The notes: generated by a model not told the origin, from the letters alone. A DNA stretch of 64,000 nt from Longimicrobiales bacterium (GCA_965202985.1 CBDBCF010000001.1:1152001-1216000); one strand, 5' to 3'. Positions 46,874 through 57,200 are shown, numbered from the stretch's first letter. A program made the numbers and translations.

Positions 46874-49237
46874 TCAGTTCTCTTCGCGGGCGCCCTTCAG
46901 ACCCGCCGGTCGGCGCCGACGCAGCCGCTTCCCTTCCAGCTCGCGGGCGTGGGCCCAGTCGACGAGCGCGTGGAAGGTGCACGAGTCGCCGTCCTCTCCG
47001 GGAACGCGCTGGGAGTAGCTTCCGTCGGCCGCCATCTCCCAGACGCTCCGTCGGTCCCGAAGCTGCACGTCCAGGACGTGGCGAAGCTCGGCGCGCAGGG
47101 CCGGGTCCTCCACCGGCGCCAGCGTTTCGACCCGGGCGCTGAGGTTCCTTCTCATGCAGTCGGCGGAACCGATGTAGTACTCCTCGTCGCCGCCGTTCCG
47201 GAAGTAGTAGATCCGCGAGTGCTGAAGGAAGCGGCCCACGACGCTGACGACCCGGATGTTCTCGGACAGGCCGGGGATCCCGGGGCGGATGCGGCAGCTG
47301 TCGCGCACGATCAGGTCCACGCGCACGCCCGCCTGCGACGCCGAGTACAGCGCCTTCGTCACCTCCGGGTCCTCCAGGGCGTTCATCTGGAACTGAAGCC
47401 GGCCGGGCGAGGCCGCCGAATGGACGGCGATCTCGCGCTCGATGCGCTCCAGCAGCGCCCGGCGCAGCCGCTTCGGCGCGGGCAGCACCTTCCGGTACGT
47501 GCGCTGAGGACGATAGCCCGTGGTCAGGTAGTTGAAGAGCTCGGTCAGGTCCGCGCCCACCGACTCGTCGCACGTCAGCAGGCCGTGGTCGCAGTACATC
47601 CGCGCGGTGCCGGCGTGATAGTTGCCGGTGCCCACATGGGCGTAGCGCCGCAGGCCGTCGTGGTCCTGCCGCACCACCAGAATGAGCTTGCAGTGGGTCT
47701 TCAGCCCCAGCACGCCGTAGGTGACGTGAATGCCGTGCGCGGCCAGCGCGTTGGCCCACTGGATGTTCGCAGCCTCGTCGAAGCGCGCCTGGAGCTCGAT
47801 CACCACCGCCACCTGCTTGCCGTTGCGCGCGGCCTCGACCAGGTAGTCGGTGATGCCGCTCCGGGGCGCCATCCGATAGAAAGTCATCTTGACGGCGCGA
47901 ACCTTGGGGTCTCGGGCCGCCTCGCGGATAAAGCGCGCGACCGACGTGTCGAACGCCTGATAGGGATGGTGGAGCAACAGCGCCCCGGACTCCCGGATGA
48001 TGTGGAATATCGGGCGGTCGTCCAGCAGGCCGGGGTGCTCCGCCGGGTGGTGCGGCGGATGCAGCAGGCCGGGCCGCGCCAAGTCGCAGAGCTCGGCCAG
48101 GTCGCGCAACCCCAGTTGCCCGCCGCCCTCGAATACGTCGATCTGCTCCAGTCCCAGCTCCTTGGCGAGCACGTCGCGGCGGCCCGTGTCGATGCCCTCC
48201 TTGACTTGGAGACGGACGATCGGTGCCAGGCGGCGCTTCCGCAGGCCGGCCTCGATCAGTTCGAGCAGGTCGTCCGCCGTGTCCTCGTCCACATCGTAGA
48301 TCGCGTTTCGCGTGACCCGAAACATGTCGCACGACAACACGTCCATGCCGGGGAAGAGCAGGTCCAAGTTGTGGGCCATGACGCTTTCCAGGGGGACCCA
48401 GACGTCCGTGTCCGCGATCCGCACGAAGCGCGGGATCCCCGTGCCCACGGGGACCTTGACGCGGGCGACCGAGGTGGCGTCTTCGCCGGGGTGCCGCAGC
48501 GTCACCAGCAAGTTGAGGGACAGGTTGGAGATGAAGGGGAACGGATGGGCGGGGTCGGTGGCCTGGGGCGTGACCAGCGGGTAGATGTTGCGCACGTAGT
48601 GGTTGCGGATCCACCTGCGCTGTCCCCGCTCGAGGTCGTCGATCTCGGCCACGCGGATGCCCTCTCGCGCCAACTCGGACAGGATCCGACGCGCAGCCCG
48701 GCGCTGACGCTCTTCCAGGTTGCGAACGACGCGGCAACACTCGTGGATCTGCTCCGCCGGCGTGCGGCCGTCGATCGTGCGCTCGGTGATCCCGGCCCCC
48801 ACCTGCTGCTTGAGCCCCCCGATCCTCTTCATGAAGAACTCGTCCAGGTTCGACCCGACGATCGACAGGAACTTCACGCGCTCCAGCAGGGGCGTCCTGG
48901 GGTCCTCGGCCTCGTGGAGGACGCGGAAGTTGAAGTTGAGCCAAGTGAGCTCCCGGTTCAGGTAGTACTCGGGGCGCTCCAGGTCGTGCGCGTCGGCCGG
49001 CACGGGAACCGGCGTGGGGTCGGCCGGCGTGACGAAGCCGAGCTCGGGCGACAAGGGGGCGGGCGCGTCGTCGGGCGTCGCCGGAACGACGCTGGGCACC
49101 GGCGTTCGGGCACGCGAAGGGGGCGCAGGCGGCTGTCGGAGGGCCCTCGGAGCAGGGGCGGGGGCCGTCGCGCCGCCTTGGGGCGGAGCCTTCGGCGACG
49201 GACGCGCCGGCGGGGTCGGCGTACGGGTTCCGGGCAT
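46874..49237 (-). CDS. ppk1: Polyphosphate kinase 1 with Pro/Ala-rich N-terminal extension
   Basis: NRELTWL, NLDEFFM, HPFPFISN, LHHPY, ARFDE, KTHCK, GTGNY and SADCMRRNL motifs; start uncertain (49237 or 49249). Confidence 0.96.
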   Translation of the reverse strand: MPGTRTPTPPARPSPKAPPQGGATAPAPAPRALRQPPAPPSRARTPVPSVVPATPDDAPAPLSPELGFVTPADPTPVPVPADAHDLERPEYYLNRELTWLNFNFRVLHEAEDPRTPLLERVKFLSIVGSNLDEFFMKRIGGLKQQVGAGITERTIDGRTPAEQIHECCRVVRNLEERQRRAARRILSELAREGIRVAEIDDLERGQRRWIRNHYVRNIYPLVTPQATDPAHPFPFISNLSLNLLVTLRHPGEDATSVARVKVPVGTGIPRFVRIADTDVWVPLESVMAHNLDLLFPGMDVLSCDMFRVTRNAIYDVDEDTADDLLELIEAGLRKRRLAPIVRLQVKEGIDTGRRDVLAKELGLEQIDVFEGGGQLGLRDLAELCDLARPGLLHPPHHPAEHPGLLDDRPIFHIIRESGALLLHHPYQAFDTSVARFIREAARDPKVRAVKMTFYRMAPRSGITDYLVEAARNGKQVAVVIELQARFDEAANIQWANALAAHGIHVTYGVLGLKTHCKLILVVRQDHDGLRRYAHVGTGNYHAGTARMYCDHGLLTCDESVGADLTELFNYLTTGYRPQRTYRKVLPAPKRLRRALLERIEREIAVHSAASPGRLQFQMNALEDPEVTKALYSASQAGVRVDLIVRDSCRIRPGIPGLSENIRVVSVVGRFLQHSRIYYFRNGGDEEYYIGSADCMRRNLSARVETLAPVEDPALRAELRHVLDVQLRDRRSVWEMAADGSYSQRVPGEDGDSCTFHALVDWAHARELEGKRLRRRRPAGLKGAREEN

Positions 49238-49273
49238 GGTCGTAAACATATGTAGCAACGGCCGCGACGCAAC

Positions 49274-50800
49274 TTGACGAAGTCGCCTGCCCCACGCGCC
49301 CGGCGGGGCTCGCGCGCTCCGGCGTCCGTCGCTGGTTGGGTTGTCGTCTTATCTTGGGAAGACATGGGCCACCTCGTTCGCCGCCGTCTCGCTGCGGTCT
49401 CTCCGTCGGTGTTTCTTCGCGCGGCCCGCGGCCGCCCTCGCGGCTTCTGGGCCAGCGGGGAGCGCTGGGTGGCCCACGCCGGAGTGCACGAAGACGTTGC
49501 GCCCGACTCCGCCGCCGGGACAGGCACGACGGCGCCTCCCATTGAGCGCTTTCAGGAGGTGCAGGAACGCGCCCGTCGAACCTTCGCACGTTCGTGGGAA
49601 GGTTCGGGTTCGGATGCGCCGCCCAGGGTCTTCGGCGGCTTCTCCTTTGCGGGCCGGGGGTCGGCCGAGCGGGCGTGGGCGCCGTTCGGGTCGGCTCGCT
49701 TCCACCTACCGCAGGCCGAGATCGAGTTTGGCCCCGATCCCGCCTCGTCGTGGCTGACCGTCCGGGCCGACGGACGCCGACGGGCCGAGGCGTTGTGCGA
49801 GAGGTGGCTGCGGGTGCTGACCGCCGACGGCGCACCGGCGCTGCGGGGGCCGCCGGTTGGACGAGGGTCGCCGGTTGAGCCGGACGGATTCCGCCGCCCC
49901 GGTCGCATCTCCGGCATCGACCGCCGGGCATGGGAACGGATGGTGAAGCGGGTCCTGCGCCGGATCAAGGCCGGCGAAGCGGACAAGGTCGTCTTGGCGC
50001 GGACCCTGGACGTCGAGCCCGACGGGCCGGTCGAGCCCGACGAACTGGTGGCGGCGTTGTGGCGCGAGAACCGGGGCAGCCACGTGTTCCTGTTCGAGCC
50101 CGCGGCCGGCCACGCCCTGGTCGGCGCCGCGCCCGAAACGGTGGCCGTGTTCGCCAACGGCGTCTTTCGCGCCACGGCCGTGGCCGGCAGCGCGGGCGTG
50201 GGAACGAACTCGGTGGAGACGGCCTACTTGGCGGACCGGCTCTTCAACAGCGCCAAGGACCGGGCCGAGCACGACTTCGTGGTCCGCGACATGGTGGCGC
50301 GCTTGGAGGCTCTGGACTGCGAAGTGAGCCGGGACGTGGAGCCGCACGTGCTGGCCCTGGCGCGGATCCAACACTTGGAGACCAAGATCGCGGCCAAGCT
50401 CCCGCCCGGGCTGGCGTTGCTGGACGTGCTCGCGTCCCTTCACCCCACGCCGGCGGTGTGCGGGAGCCCCCGCGAGGTCGCGTTGTCGGTGCTGTCGGGA
50501 AGCGAAGTCTTCGACCGCGGCTGGTACGCCGGACCCGTGGGGTGGCTGGACTCGGCCGGGAAGGGGATCTTCGTCCCGGCGCTCAGGTCGGCCGTGTGCT
50601 TCGACGGGCGCTGGCGACTCTTCGCCGGGGCGGGGATCGTGGCCGGCTCGGACCCGGTGCTGGAGTGGGAAGAAACCGAGATCAAGTTCCAGCCCGTGCT
50701 TCGCGCCATGGTGAGGGCCGAGGCGAGCGAGCGAGCCGAACGCGACTGGGGGCGGCGACCGAGCGGCGACGAGCTCTCGACAGCGACCAGCTCCGGATAG
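49274..50800 (+). CDS. menF: Isochorismate synthase (MenF-like)
   Basis: KVVLAR, GAAPE, AVAGS, KDRAEH, LHPTPAVCG, FDRGWYAG and FAGAGIV motifs; start uncertain (alternative ATG 49364). Confidence 0.85.
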   Translation: MTKSPAPRARRGSRAPASVAGWVVVLSWEDMGHLVRRRLAAVSPSVFLRAARGRPRGFWASGERWVAHAGVHEDVAPDSAAGTGTTAPPIERFQEVQERARRTFARSWEGSGSDAPPRVFGGFSFAGRGSAERAWAPFGSARFHLPQAEIEFGPDPASSWLTVRADGRRRAEALCERWLRVLTADGAPALRGPPVGRGSPVEPDGFRRPGRISGIDRRAWERMVKRVLRRIKAGEADKVVLARTLDVEPDGPVEPDELVAALWRENRGSHVFLFEPAAGHALVGAAPETVAVFANGVFRATAVAGSAGVGTNSVETAYLADRLFNSAKDRAEHDFVVRDMVARLEALDCEVSRDVEPHVLALARIQHLETKIAAKLPPGLALLDVLASLHPTPAVCGSPREVALSVLSGSEVFDRGWYAGPVGWLDSAGKGIFVPALRSAVCFDGRWRLFAGAGIVAGSDPVLEWEETEIKFQPVLRAMVRAEASERAERDWGRRPSGDELSTATSSG

Positions 50801-50882
50801 CCCTACGGTCGATCCGGGGGCTACATTGGCCGGCGCCTCCCGCCCGATCTCAACTTTCTTAGCAAGCATAAGGAGCGTCCTC

Positions 50883-52505
50883 GTGCCGCACGCCAGAACC
50901 GACTTGTCATCCGCTCGCATCCGCCCAAGTCGCTTGGCTCGGCGCGACGCACGCCCCTGGACCGCAACGCTTGCCGGCATCGCCGGGGCGCTTGCCTGCG
51001 CAGCGGCCGTTCTGGCCGTCGGGATCGCCCCGGCGTCGTCGGCTGCCCAGGCCCAGGCGCTGTCGGGCTTGGACGACGAGATCGCGGACATGCTCGAGGA
51101 GTGGGAGGTCCCCGGCTTGGCGCTGGCCGTGGTCCGCGACGACGCGGTGGTCTACGCGCGGGGCTTCGGCGTGCGAGAGGCGGGCGGCGCCGGCCCCGTG
51201 GACGAGCACACGCTGTTCGCCGTCGGCTCCACGTCCAAGGCGTTCACCGCAACCGCCGTGGCGATGCTGGTGGACGAAGGCAAGGCCTCTTGGGACGACC
51301 TCGTGGTGGACCACCTGCCCTCCTTCCGCCTCAGCGATCCCTACATCACGCGGGACCTGCGCCTCCGCGATCTCATGAGCCACAACTCGGGGCTCCTGCG
51401 GGGCGACCGGATCTGGTACGCCAGCGGCCGCAGCCGCGAAGAGGTGCTGCACCAAGTCCGCTACCAGCCGACGACGTTCCCGCTCCGCTCCACCTTCCAG
51501 TACAACAACACGACCTGGATCGCCGCGGGCGAAGTGATCGAGGCGCTGACGGGCGCGACCTGGGACGACTTCGTGACCGAGCGCATCCTCCGGCCCCTGG
51601 GCATGACCCGCAGCAACACGCGCGTCGGCCCGCTGGCCCAGATCGACAACGTGGCCACCCCTCACGTCGAGACCCCCGAAGGCGAACTCCGGACCGTCCC
51701 CTACCGGAACATCGACAACGCCGGGCCGGCGGGATCGATCAACTCCAGCGTCGCGGAGATGGCCCAGTGGGTCCGAATGCAGCTTGCGGGCGGCGCCTAC
51801 GAAGGCGAGCAGCTGGTGTCGGAGGAAGCGTTGCGCGAGACGCACACCGCCCAGATGGTGATCCGCAAGGAAGGCGCGTGGGCCTTGATCTGGCCCGAGT
51901 CCAACTTCATGAACTACGGCCTGGGCTGGTTCCTGACCGACTATCGGGGCCTGAAGGTGGTGTCTCACGGCGGCAACATCGACGGCATGACCGCCTACGT
52001 GGTCCTGGTGCCCGAGCGGAACTACGGCTTGGTCGCGCTAGTCAACATGAACGGCGCCAACGCCCTCGTCAGCGCCGTGGCCCACCGGCTGATCGATCGG
52101 ATGGAGGGCGGCGAAAAGGTCCCCTGGAGCGAACGGATGCTGGCGCGGTGGGACGAACTTCAGGAGGAGGCGCGGGAGGCCGCTCGCAAGGTGGAAGAGG
52201 GGCGGATCGCCGATGCGCCGCCCACGCTGGAGGCCGGCGCGTACGCCGGCGTCTACGCCAACGACATGTACGGCGAGATCGTGGTCGCCGAGAGCGAGGG
52301 CGGGGGAGGCCTGTCGGCCCGCTTCGGGGCCGGGTTCGAGGGTCCGTTGGAGCACTGGCACTACGACGTGTATCGGGCGGTCTGGGAAGGAAGCACCGGC
52401 CCCGGCGAATTCTTCCGGTTCGAGATCGGCAACGACGGCAAGGTGGCGGCGCTCCACGCGGAGATCGAAGGGAGCGTCGAGTTCGTTCGGAAGCCCCCGG
52501 CCTGA
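50883..52505 (+). CDS. Secreted serine hydrolase (beta-lactamase class C-like) with DUF3471-like tail
   Basis: AAGGAG RBS; STSK (SxxK), YNN and HGG motifs; YAGVYANDMYG. Confidence 0.9.
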   Translation: MPHARTDLSSARIRPSRLARRDARPWTATLAGIAGALACAAAVLAVGIAPASSAAQAQALSGLDDEIADMLEEWEVPGLALAVVRDDAVVYARGFGVREAGGAGPVDEHTLFAVGSTSKAFTATAVAMLVDEGKASWDDLVVDHLPSFRLSDPYITRDLRLRDLMSHNSGLLRGDRIWYASGRSREEVLHQVRYQPTTFPLRSTFQYNNTTWIAAGEVIEALTGATWDDFVTERILRPLGMTRSNTRVGPLAQIDNVATPHVETPEGELRTVPYRNIDNAGPAGSINSSVAEMAQWVRMQLAGGAYEGEQLVSEEALRETHTAQMVIRKEGAWALIWPESNFMNYGLGWFLTDYRGLKVVSHGGNIDGMTAYVVLVPERNYGLVALVNMNGANALVSAVAHRLIDRMEGGEKVPWSERMLARWDELQEEAREAARKVEEGRIADAPPTLEAGAYAGVYANDMYGEIVVAESEGGGGLSARFGAGFEGPLEHWHYDVYRAVWEGSTGPGEFFRFEIGNDGKVAALHAEIEGSVEFVRKPPA

Positions 52506-52524
52506 TCCCGAGCGTCCGCCCGAC

Positions 52525-53703
52525 TTGGCCACCGTTACGGCGGACGCCGTGGTCCTGGGCGCCGGCATCGTGGGCGCGTCGTGCGCCCATCACATGGCCG
52601 CGCTCGGGCTTCGCGTGGTCGTCCTCGAGCGCGAAGCCGCGCCGGCCCTGGGCTCGACGGGACGGAGCGCAGCAGGCGTTCGCGTGCAGTTCACGACGCC
52701 CGCCAACATCGCGCTCTCGATGCACTCGCTGCCCGTCTATCGCGAGTTCCACGAACGCCACGGCCGCGACATCGGCTATCGCGACATCGGCTACCTGCTG
52801 CTGGCGCCTCGGGACCGCTGGGACCGGCACTTGGAGTCGGTGGCGCTCCAACGAAGCATGGGAGCGCCCGTGGAGGTGCTGGACCCCGTGGAGGCGCAGC
52901 GCCACGTCCCCTTCGCCACGGACGGCCTGGGCGGCGCCACCTACGGCCCCTGGGACGGGGTGATCGACCCGCACTTGGCCACTCACGCCTGGGTCGCCAT
53001 GGGCCGCGCCGCCGGCGTGGACTACCGGTTCGGCCTAGCCGCGACCGGGTTCCGCAGCACCGCGAACGGATGGCGCGTGGACGCCGGCGACGAGTCGTTC
53101 TCGTGCCGCCACGTCGTGAACGCGACCGGCGCCTGGGCGGGCGTCGTGGGTCGGTTGGCCGGGCTGGAAGTCCCCGTGCGCCCCAAGCGCGTGCAGATCT
53201 TCTTGAGCGCCCCGCTGTCGCGCGACGGCGAGTCCGCCCCCTACCCCCTCACCATCGACCTGGCCACGGGCGTCTACCTGCGGAGCGAGGGCGAGCGGGT
53301 CCTGTTCGGACTGGACGCCCACGAGGACGCAGGAGCGTTCACCGAGGGGGTGGACTGGAACTGGCTCGAACACGTGCTGGTCACCGGCGTTCGCCGGTTT
53401 CCGTGGTGGGAGGACTTGGGCGTGGACCGCGCCGGCAGCTGGTGGGGCTACTACGAGGTCACGCCCGACCACAGCCCCGTGATTGGCCTCAATCCCGGCG
53501 CGGATCGCTGGATAGACGCGTGCGGATTCTCCGGCCACGGGATCATGCACGCGCCCGCCACGGGACTTGCGGTCTCGGAGCTTGCCGCCGAGGGCCGCTC
53601 GACGACGCTGGAGATCGCGGCGTTCCGGCACGACAGGTTCGCGCCCGCCGCCCGAGCCGTCGCGGACGACGAGCAGTGCGCGACGGAGGCAAACATCTTC
53701 TGA
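52525..53703 (+). CDS. FAD-dependent oxidoreductase (DAO/sarcosine oxidase beta-like)
   Basis: GAGIVG, GSTGRSAAG, TPDHSPVIG and GFSGHGIM motifs. Confidence 0.9.
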   Translation: MATVTADAVVLGAGIVGASCAHHMAALGLRVVVLEREAAPALGSTGRSAAGVRVQFTTPANIALSMHSLPVYREFHERHGRDIGYRDIGYLLLAPRDRWDRHLESVALQRSMGAPVEVLDPVEAQRHVPFATDGLGGATYGPWDGVIDPHLATHAWVAMGRAAGVDYRFGLAATGFRSTANGWRVDAGDESFSCRHVVNATGAWAGVVGRLAGLEVPVRPKRVQIFLSAPLSRDGESAPYPLTIDLATGVYLRSEGERVLFGLDAHEDAGAFTEGVDWNWLEHVLVTGVRRFPWWEDLGVDRAGSWWGYYEVTPDHSPVIGLNPGADRWIDACGFSGHGIMHAPATGLAVSELAAEGRSTTLEIAAFRHDRFAPAARAVADDEQCATEANIF

Positions 53704-53787
53704 CCCAGCTTGACGCCTGGGCCCAACGGTAGAAACTTCTTGCTTTCCGGTTCTTGCGCCGGTCGCCTTCAACGGAACGATTTCATC

Positions 53788-54444
53788 ATGAAGCTCAGGT
53801 TCGCCGAAGAGATCCTGCTCCTGCTCCTGCACGACGAAGACGGGAAGTTCGCGCGCGTTCCCGACTGGTCCATGAGGTACGCCTTGGGGGGCGGCGTCCT
53901 CATGGATCTGGCGCTGGAAGACCGAATCGACACGGACCTGGAGCAGCTGATCCTGGTCGACGCGACGCCTCTGGACGACGACATCCTGGACCCGGTCCTG
54001 GGCGAGATCGCCGGGGCAACCGAGGCGCGGAGCGCCAGCTACTGGCTGGAGGTCGCAGCCGCGCGCGCCGACGGCATCCGCGAGGCGGCCGTCGGCCGCT
54101 TGGTCGAAAGGGGCATCATCGAGCGGCGGGAAGACCGGTTCCTGTGGGTCTTCCGCTCCCGACGCTACCCGGTCGTGGACGGCTCGGCCGAGCGCGAGGT
54201 CAAGCTGCGGCTCATGGAGGTCCTGTTCAGCGACGTGATCCCGTCGCCCAGAGACGTGGTCATCATCTGCCTGGCCGACGTCTGCGGCATCTTCACGGAG
54301 CTGCTGTCCAAGCGAGAAGCTCGGCTGGCCCGGCCCCGGATCGAACTCGTGCGCAAGATGGACCTGATCGGACGGGCGGTGACGGACGCCATTCGGAACA
54401 TCGAGGCGTCGCTGGCGCGGGCCGCCCAGTCCTACGTCGGGTAG
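53788..54444 (+). CDS. GPP34/GOLPH3-VPS74 family protein
   Basis: LRFAEEILLLLL, GGVLMDLALEDRI and RLVERGII..FLWVF..RRYP motifs. Confidence 0.85.
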   Translation: MKLRFAEEILLLLLHDEDGKFARVPDWSMRYALGGGVLMDLALEDRIDTDLEQLILVDATPLDDDILDPVLGEIAGATEARSASYWLEVAAARADGIREAAVGRLVERGIIERREDRFLWVFRSRRYPVVDGSAEREVKLRLMEVLFSDVIPSPRDVVIICLADVCGIFTELLSKREARLARPRIELVRKMDLIGRAVTDAIRNIEASLARAAQSYVG

Positions 54445-54493
54445 GCGGAGCCGGGGTTAGGCGGAGACGACCGGGTTCGCGCGAGCGCGGGCG

Positions 54494-54946
54494 CTAGGAA
54501 CTCGGTTCCGCTTCGCCCCCGCCGGGTTCGGGAACCCCCAAGTGGCCCTCCACGCGGGCCAGCCGCTCCGCGAGATCCCGAACGACTTCCTCCAAGCGCA
54601 GTATCCGCCGCTCCATCTCCTCGAGACGGGCATCGACGGCCTCGAACCGCAGATTCATGCGGGCTTCGAGCTGGTCTATCCGCTGGTTCATCCGCTGGTT
54701 CATCCGGGCTTCGAACTCGTCGAACCGCTGTTCCATGCGGGACTCGAAGCGGTCCATTCGGGACTCCATCCGGGAGTCGATCCAACCCAGGATCGCCGCA
54801 AACGCCCCCAGCACGGTCACAGCCGACACGAGCACTCCGCCCCAATCCTTGCCGAACACTTTGAGCCTGGTCATGGCTCGGTCCCTGGGGACGCCATCTT
54901 GGCCCCCAACGGACGCAACGGGAATTCCTTCCGGCATCGTCGCCAT
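54494..54946 (-). CDS. TM-anchored coiled-coil protein with 11/15-residue repeats
   Basis: AAGGAG RBS; TM segment then RMESRMDRFES-RMEQRFDEFEA-RMNQRMNQRIDQLEA..; 12-bp tandem ATCCGCTGGTTC. Confidence 0.7.
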   Translation of the reverse strand: MATMPEGIPVASVGGQDGVPRDRAMTRLKVFGKDWGGVLVSAVTVLGAFAAILGWIDSRMESRMDRFESRMEQRFDEFEARMNQRMNQRIDQLEARMNLRFEAVDARLEEMERRILRLEEVVRDLAERLARVEGHLGVPEPGGGEAEPSS

Positions 54947-55081
54947 GTCGTTTCTCCTTGGTTGAGTGAAGGGTGCGGGAAGGTGGAACCAAGGTAGGCG
55001 AAGGGTCGCCGAAACGGCACGATTTCGCTGCGGACGACACCGGCGCGGCGTCCGCGAAACGTCTGGGCTTGAAGCAATAGA

Positions 55082-55116
55082 CAACTATAGTTGACATTAT
55101 GATATGTTGATATGTC
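55082..55116. promoter_or_regulatory. Palindromic operator candidates upstream of the mod locus
   Basis: CAACTATAGTTG perfect palindrome overlapping TTGACA; GACAT-N14-ATGTC; GATATGT twice. Confidence 0.45.
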
Positions 55117-55238
55117 CGTTATGGGACAAGCTGCGGCCTGTTGGGTCGCCTCCGTCGCGCCCCCGGAACGGCGCCTCCGCTTGTTCAGCCAGCTTCTCCG
55201 CTGTCCACTCCGCTTCTCCACCGCAAGGTCGCACGCCG

Positions 55239-56399
55239 TTGACCGCATCCTCCCCGTTGACCGCATCCGGTGTTCGGAACCAAGTCCGGCGTCGCCGCAG
55301 GGCGCTGGCAATCTCCCAGCAGGCGCTGGCGGACCGGGTCGACGTGTCCCGCCAAGCGATCGGGGCGATCGAGGCCGGGCGCCAAGTCCCTTCGACCGAG
55401 CTCGGACTCCGCCTTGCGCACGCGCTGGGGTGCACCGTGGAGGAGCTCTTTCGGCTGGTCCCGCCTTCGGACATCCTGGCGCGGGCGGCCGTTTCCCCCG
55501 AGCAACCGGCGCTCGCCCCAGGGATCCGAGTCGTGCTGGGTCGGGTCGGTGGCTGCTGGGCCGCCCATCCGGTGTCGCACGGAGGCGCCTCCGCCGCGGA
55601 CGGCGTTGTTGTCGGGACGTGCGCACCGCCCAAGTCGTGGGGGGTGGGACCGGATGCGCCGGCGGTAGCCGTTCGACCGCTGGTGGACCCGGCCAGCTTG
55701 GCGGGCAACGTTCTTGTGGCGGGTTGCGCGCCGCTGCTGGGCTTGGCGGCCCATCACATGGCGCGGCGCTACGCCGATGCCAGGCTGACCTGGGTGCAGG
55801 CCGGCAACGAGCGCGCACTGGCGCTGCTGGCCGCCGGGCTGGTCCACATGGCGGGCGTGCACCTGCCCGGCGACCGGGCGGAAGTTGCGGAGACGTTTCG
55901 GCGGGCGGTTCCCGGCAAGCGGCTTGCGGTCGTGAACCTGACGCGGTGGCGGCAAGGCTTGGTGGTGCCCGCGGGGAACCCGCTCGACATCGTCTCAGGG
56001 GCGGACTTGCTGCGGCCCGGCCTTCGCTTGGCTCGTCGAGAACGCGGATCGGGGGCACACGCCCTGGCGGCCCGGCTGTTGGCTGGACAGGACGCGGGCT
56101 GTGTCGCCCTCGCCGGGCCCGAGGCGGCAAGCCACGGAGAGGTCGCGCGGCTCGTGCGCCTTCGCGCCGCCCACGCAGGCATCGGCGCGGAAGGCCCCGC
56201 CTTGGCCGAGGGCTTGGAGTTCGTGCCCCTGACCGAAGAGCGGTTCGACTTGGTCGCGCCTGCGGACCGGCTCGCGGACCTGCCGGTGTCGCGCGTCGTG
56301 GAGCTGCTGGGCGACGCTGCCTTCCGGGTCGAGGTCGCCCACCTTCCGGGGTACGACTGCTCCCTGGCCGGACGGACGGGCATGGTGGAAGCGGCTTGA
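55239..56399 (+). CDS. XRE-HTH + periplasmic-binding-fold (molybdate-binding) transcriptional regulator
   Basis: SQQALADRVDVSRQAIGAIEAG HTH; RWRQGLVVPAGNP, RERGSG and FVPLTEERFDL PBP motifs; start uncertain. Confidence 0.85.
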   Translation: MTASSPLTASGVRNQVRRRRRALAISQQALADRVDVSRQAIGAIEAGRQVPSTELGLRLAHALGCTVEELFRLVPPSDILARAAVSPEQPALAPGIRVVLGRVGGCWAAHPVSHGGASAADGVVVGTCAPPKSWGVGPDAPAVAVRPLVDPASLAGNVLVAGCAPLLGLAAHHMARRYADARLTWVQAGNERALALLAAGLVHMAGVHLPGDRAEVAETFRRAVPGKRLAVVNLTRWRQGLVVPAGNPLDIVSGADLLRPGLRLARRERGSGAHALAARLLAGQDAGCVALAGPEAASHGEVARLVRLRAAHAGIGAEGPALAEGLEFVPLTEERFDLVAPADRLADLPVSRVVELLGDAAFRVEVAHLPGYDCSLAGRTGMVEAA

Positions 56400-57193
56400 A
56401 GACGAGGCCGCGCCTCCGGGTCGCGCTGACCCTTGCAGCGGGCGCCGCCGTTTGGGCGGGCTGCGCTGATGGCGAGGCGGCCTCCCCGGCTCGGCAGACG
56501 CTTCACGTCTTTGCCGCGTCGTCGCTGGCGGAGGCGTTTCGGGACTTGGAGGGGCCGTTCGAGCAGCGTCATCGCGATCTGGACGTGGTGCTGTCGTTCG
56601 CGGGCAGCCAAGTGCTTGGGCTGCAGATCGTGCAGGGCGCCCCTGCCGGAGCTTTCGCGTCGGCGGACATCGGCCTCTTGGACTCGCTGGCCCGTGCCGA
56701 AGTCGTCGGCGGCGTGCAACCTTTCGCCGGCAACGAGCTGGTGGTCGTCTTGCCCCCGGGAAACCCGGCCGGGATCGCGTCCTTCGCCGACCTGCCGCGG
56801 GCCCGTCGCATCGTCTTGGCCACGGCAGCCACGCCTGCGGGCGCATACGCTCGCCAAGCCCTGGACCGCGCCGACGCCGCGTTCGGCCCCGGGTTCCGCG
56901 ACGCCGTCATGGACCGGGTCGCGTCGGAAGAGCACAACGTTCGGCTGGTTCGGGCCAAGGTTGCGGCGGGCGAAGCGGATGCCGCCGTCGTCTACCGAAC
57001 CGACGGCCTCGCCGCTGGGTTGCCGACGGTTCCCGTGCCGGCGGTGCTGGACGTCCGGCCGCAATACGCCATCGGGGTCGTCGTCGCCGGTCCCGACCCA
57101 GAAGCGGGGGCACGATGGGCGGCGTTCGTGCGTTCGGCGGAGGGCCGTCGCATCCTTGCGGCGCGGGGGTTCCTGGTCGACCCGCCGTCGTGA
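56396..57193 (+). CDS. modA: Molybdate ABC transporter substrate-binding lipoprotein
   Basis: VFAASSL, FAGSQ, FASAD, PAGAYA and GEADAAVVY motifs. Confidence 0.92.
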   Translation: MKTRPRLRVALTLAAGAAVWAGCADGEAASPARQTLHVFAASSLAEAFRDLEGPFEQRHRDLDVVLSFAGSQVLGLQIVQGAPAGAFASADIGLLDSLARAEVVGGVQPFAGNELVVVLPPGNPAGIASFADLPRARRIVLATAATPAGAYARQALDRADAAFGPGFRDAVMDRVASEEHNVRLVRAKVAAGEADAAVVYRTDGLAAGLPTVPVPAVLDVRPQYAIGVVVAGPDPEAGARWAAFVRSAEGRRILAARGFLVDPPS

Positions 57194-57200
57194 CCGCTTC

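Noticed and set aside
55015..55029. CGGCACGATTTCGCT, sigma54-like
   Set aside because: Spacing is off by one and the -12 element is poor
55130..55235. Possible Moco riboswitch before the mod regulator (GGAACGGCGCCTCC)
   Set aside because: Only a short partial resemblance and no supportable structure; needs an Rfam/Infernal search
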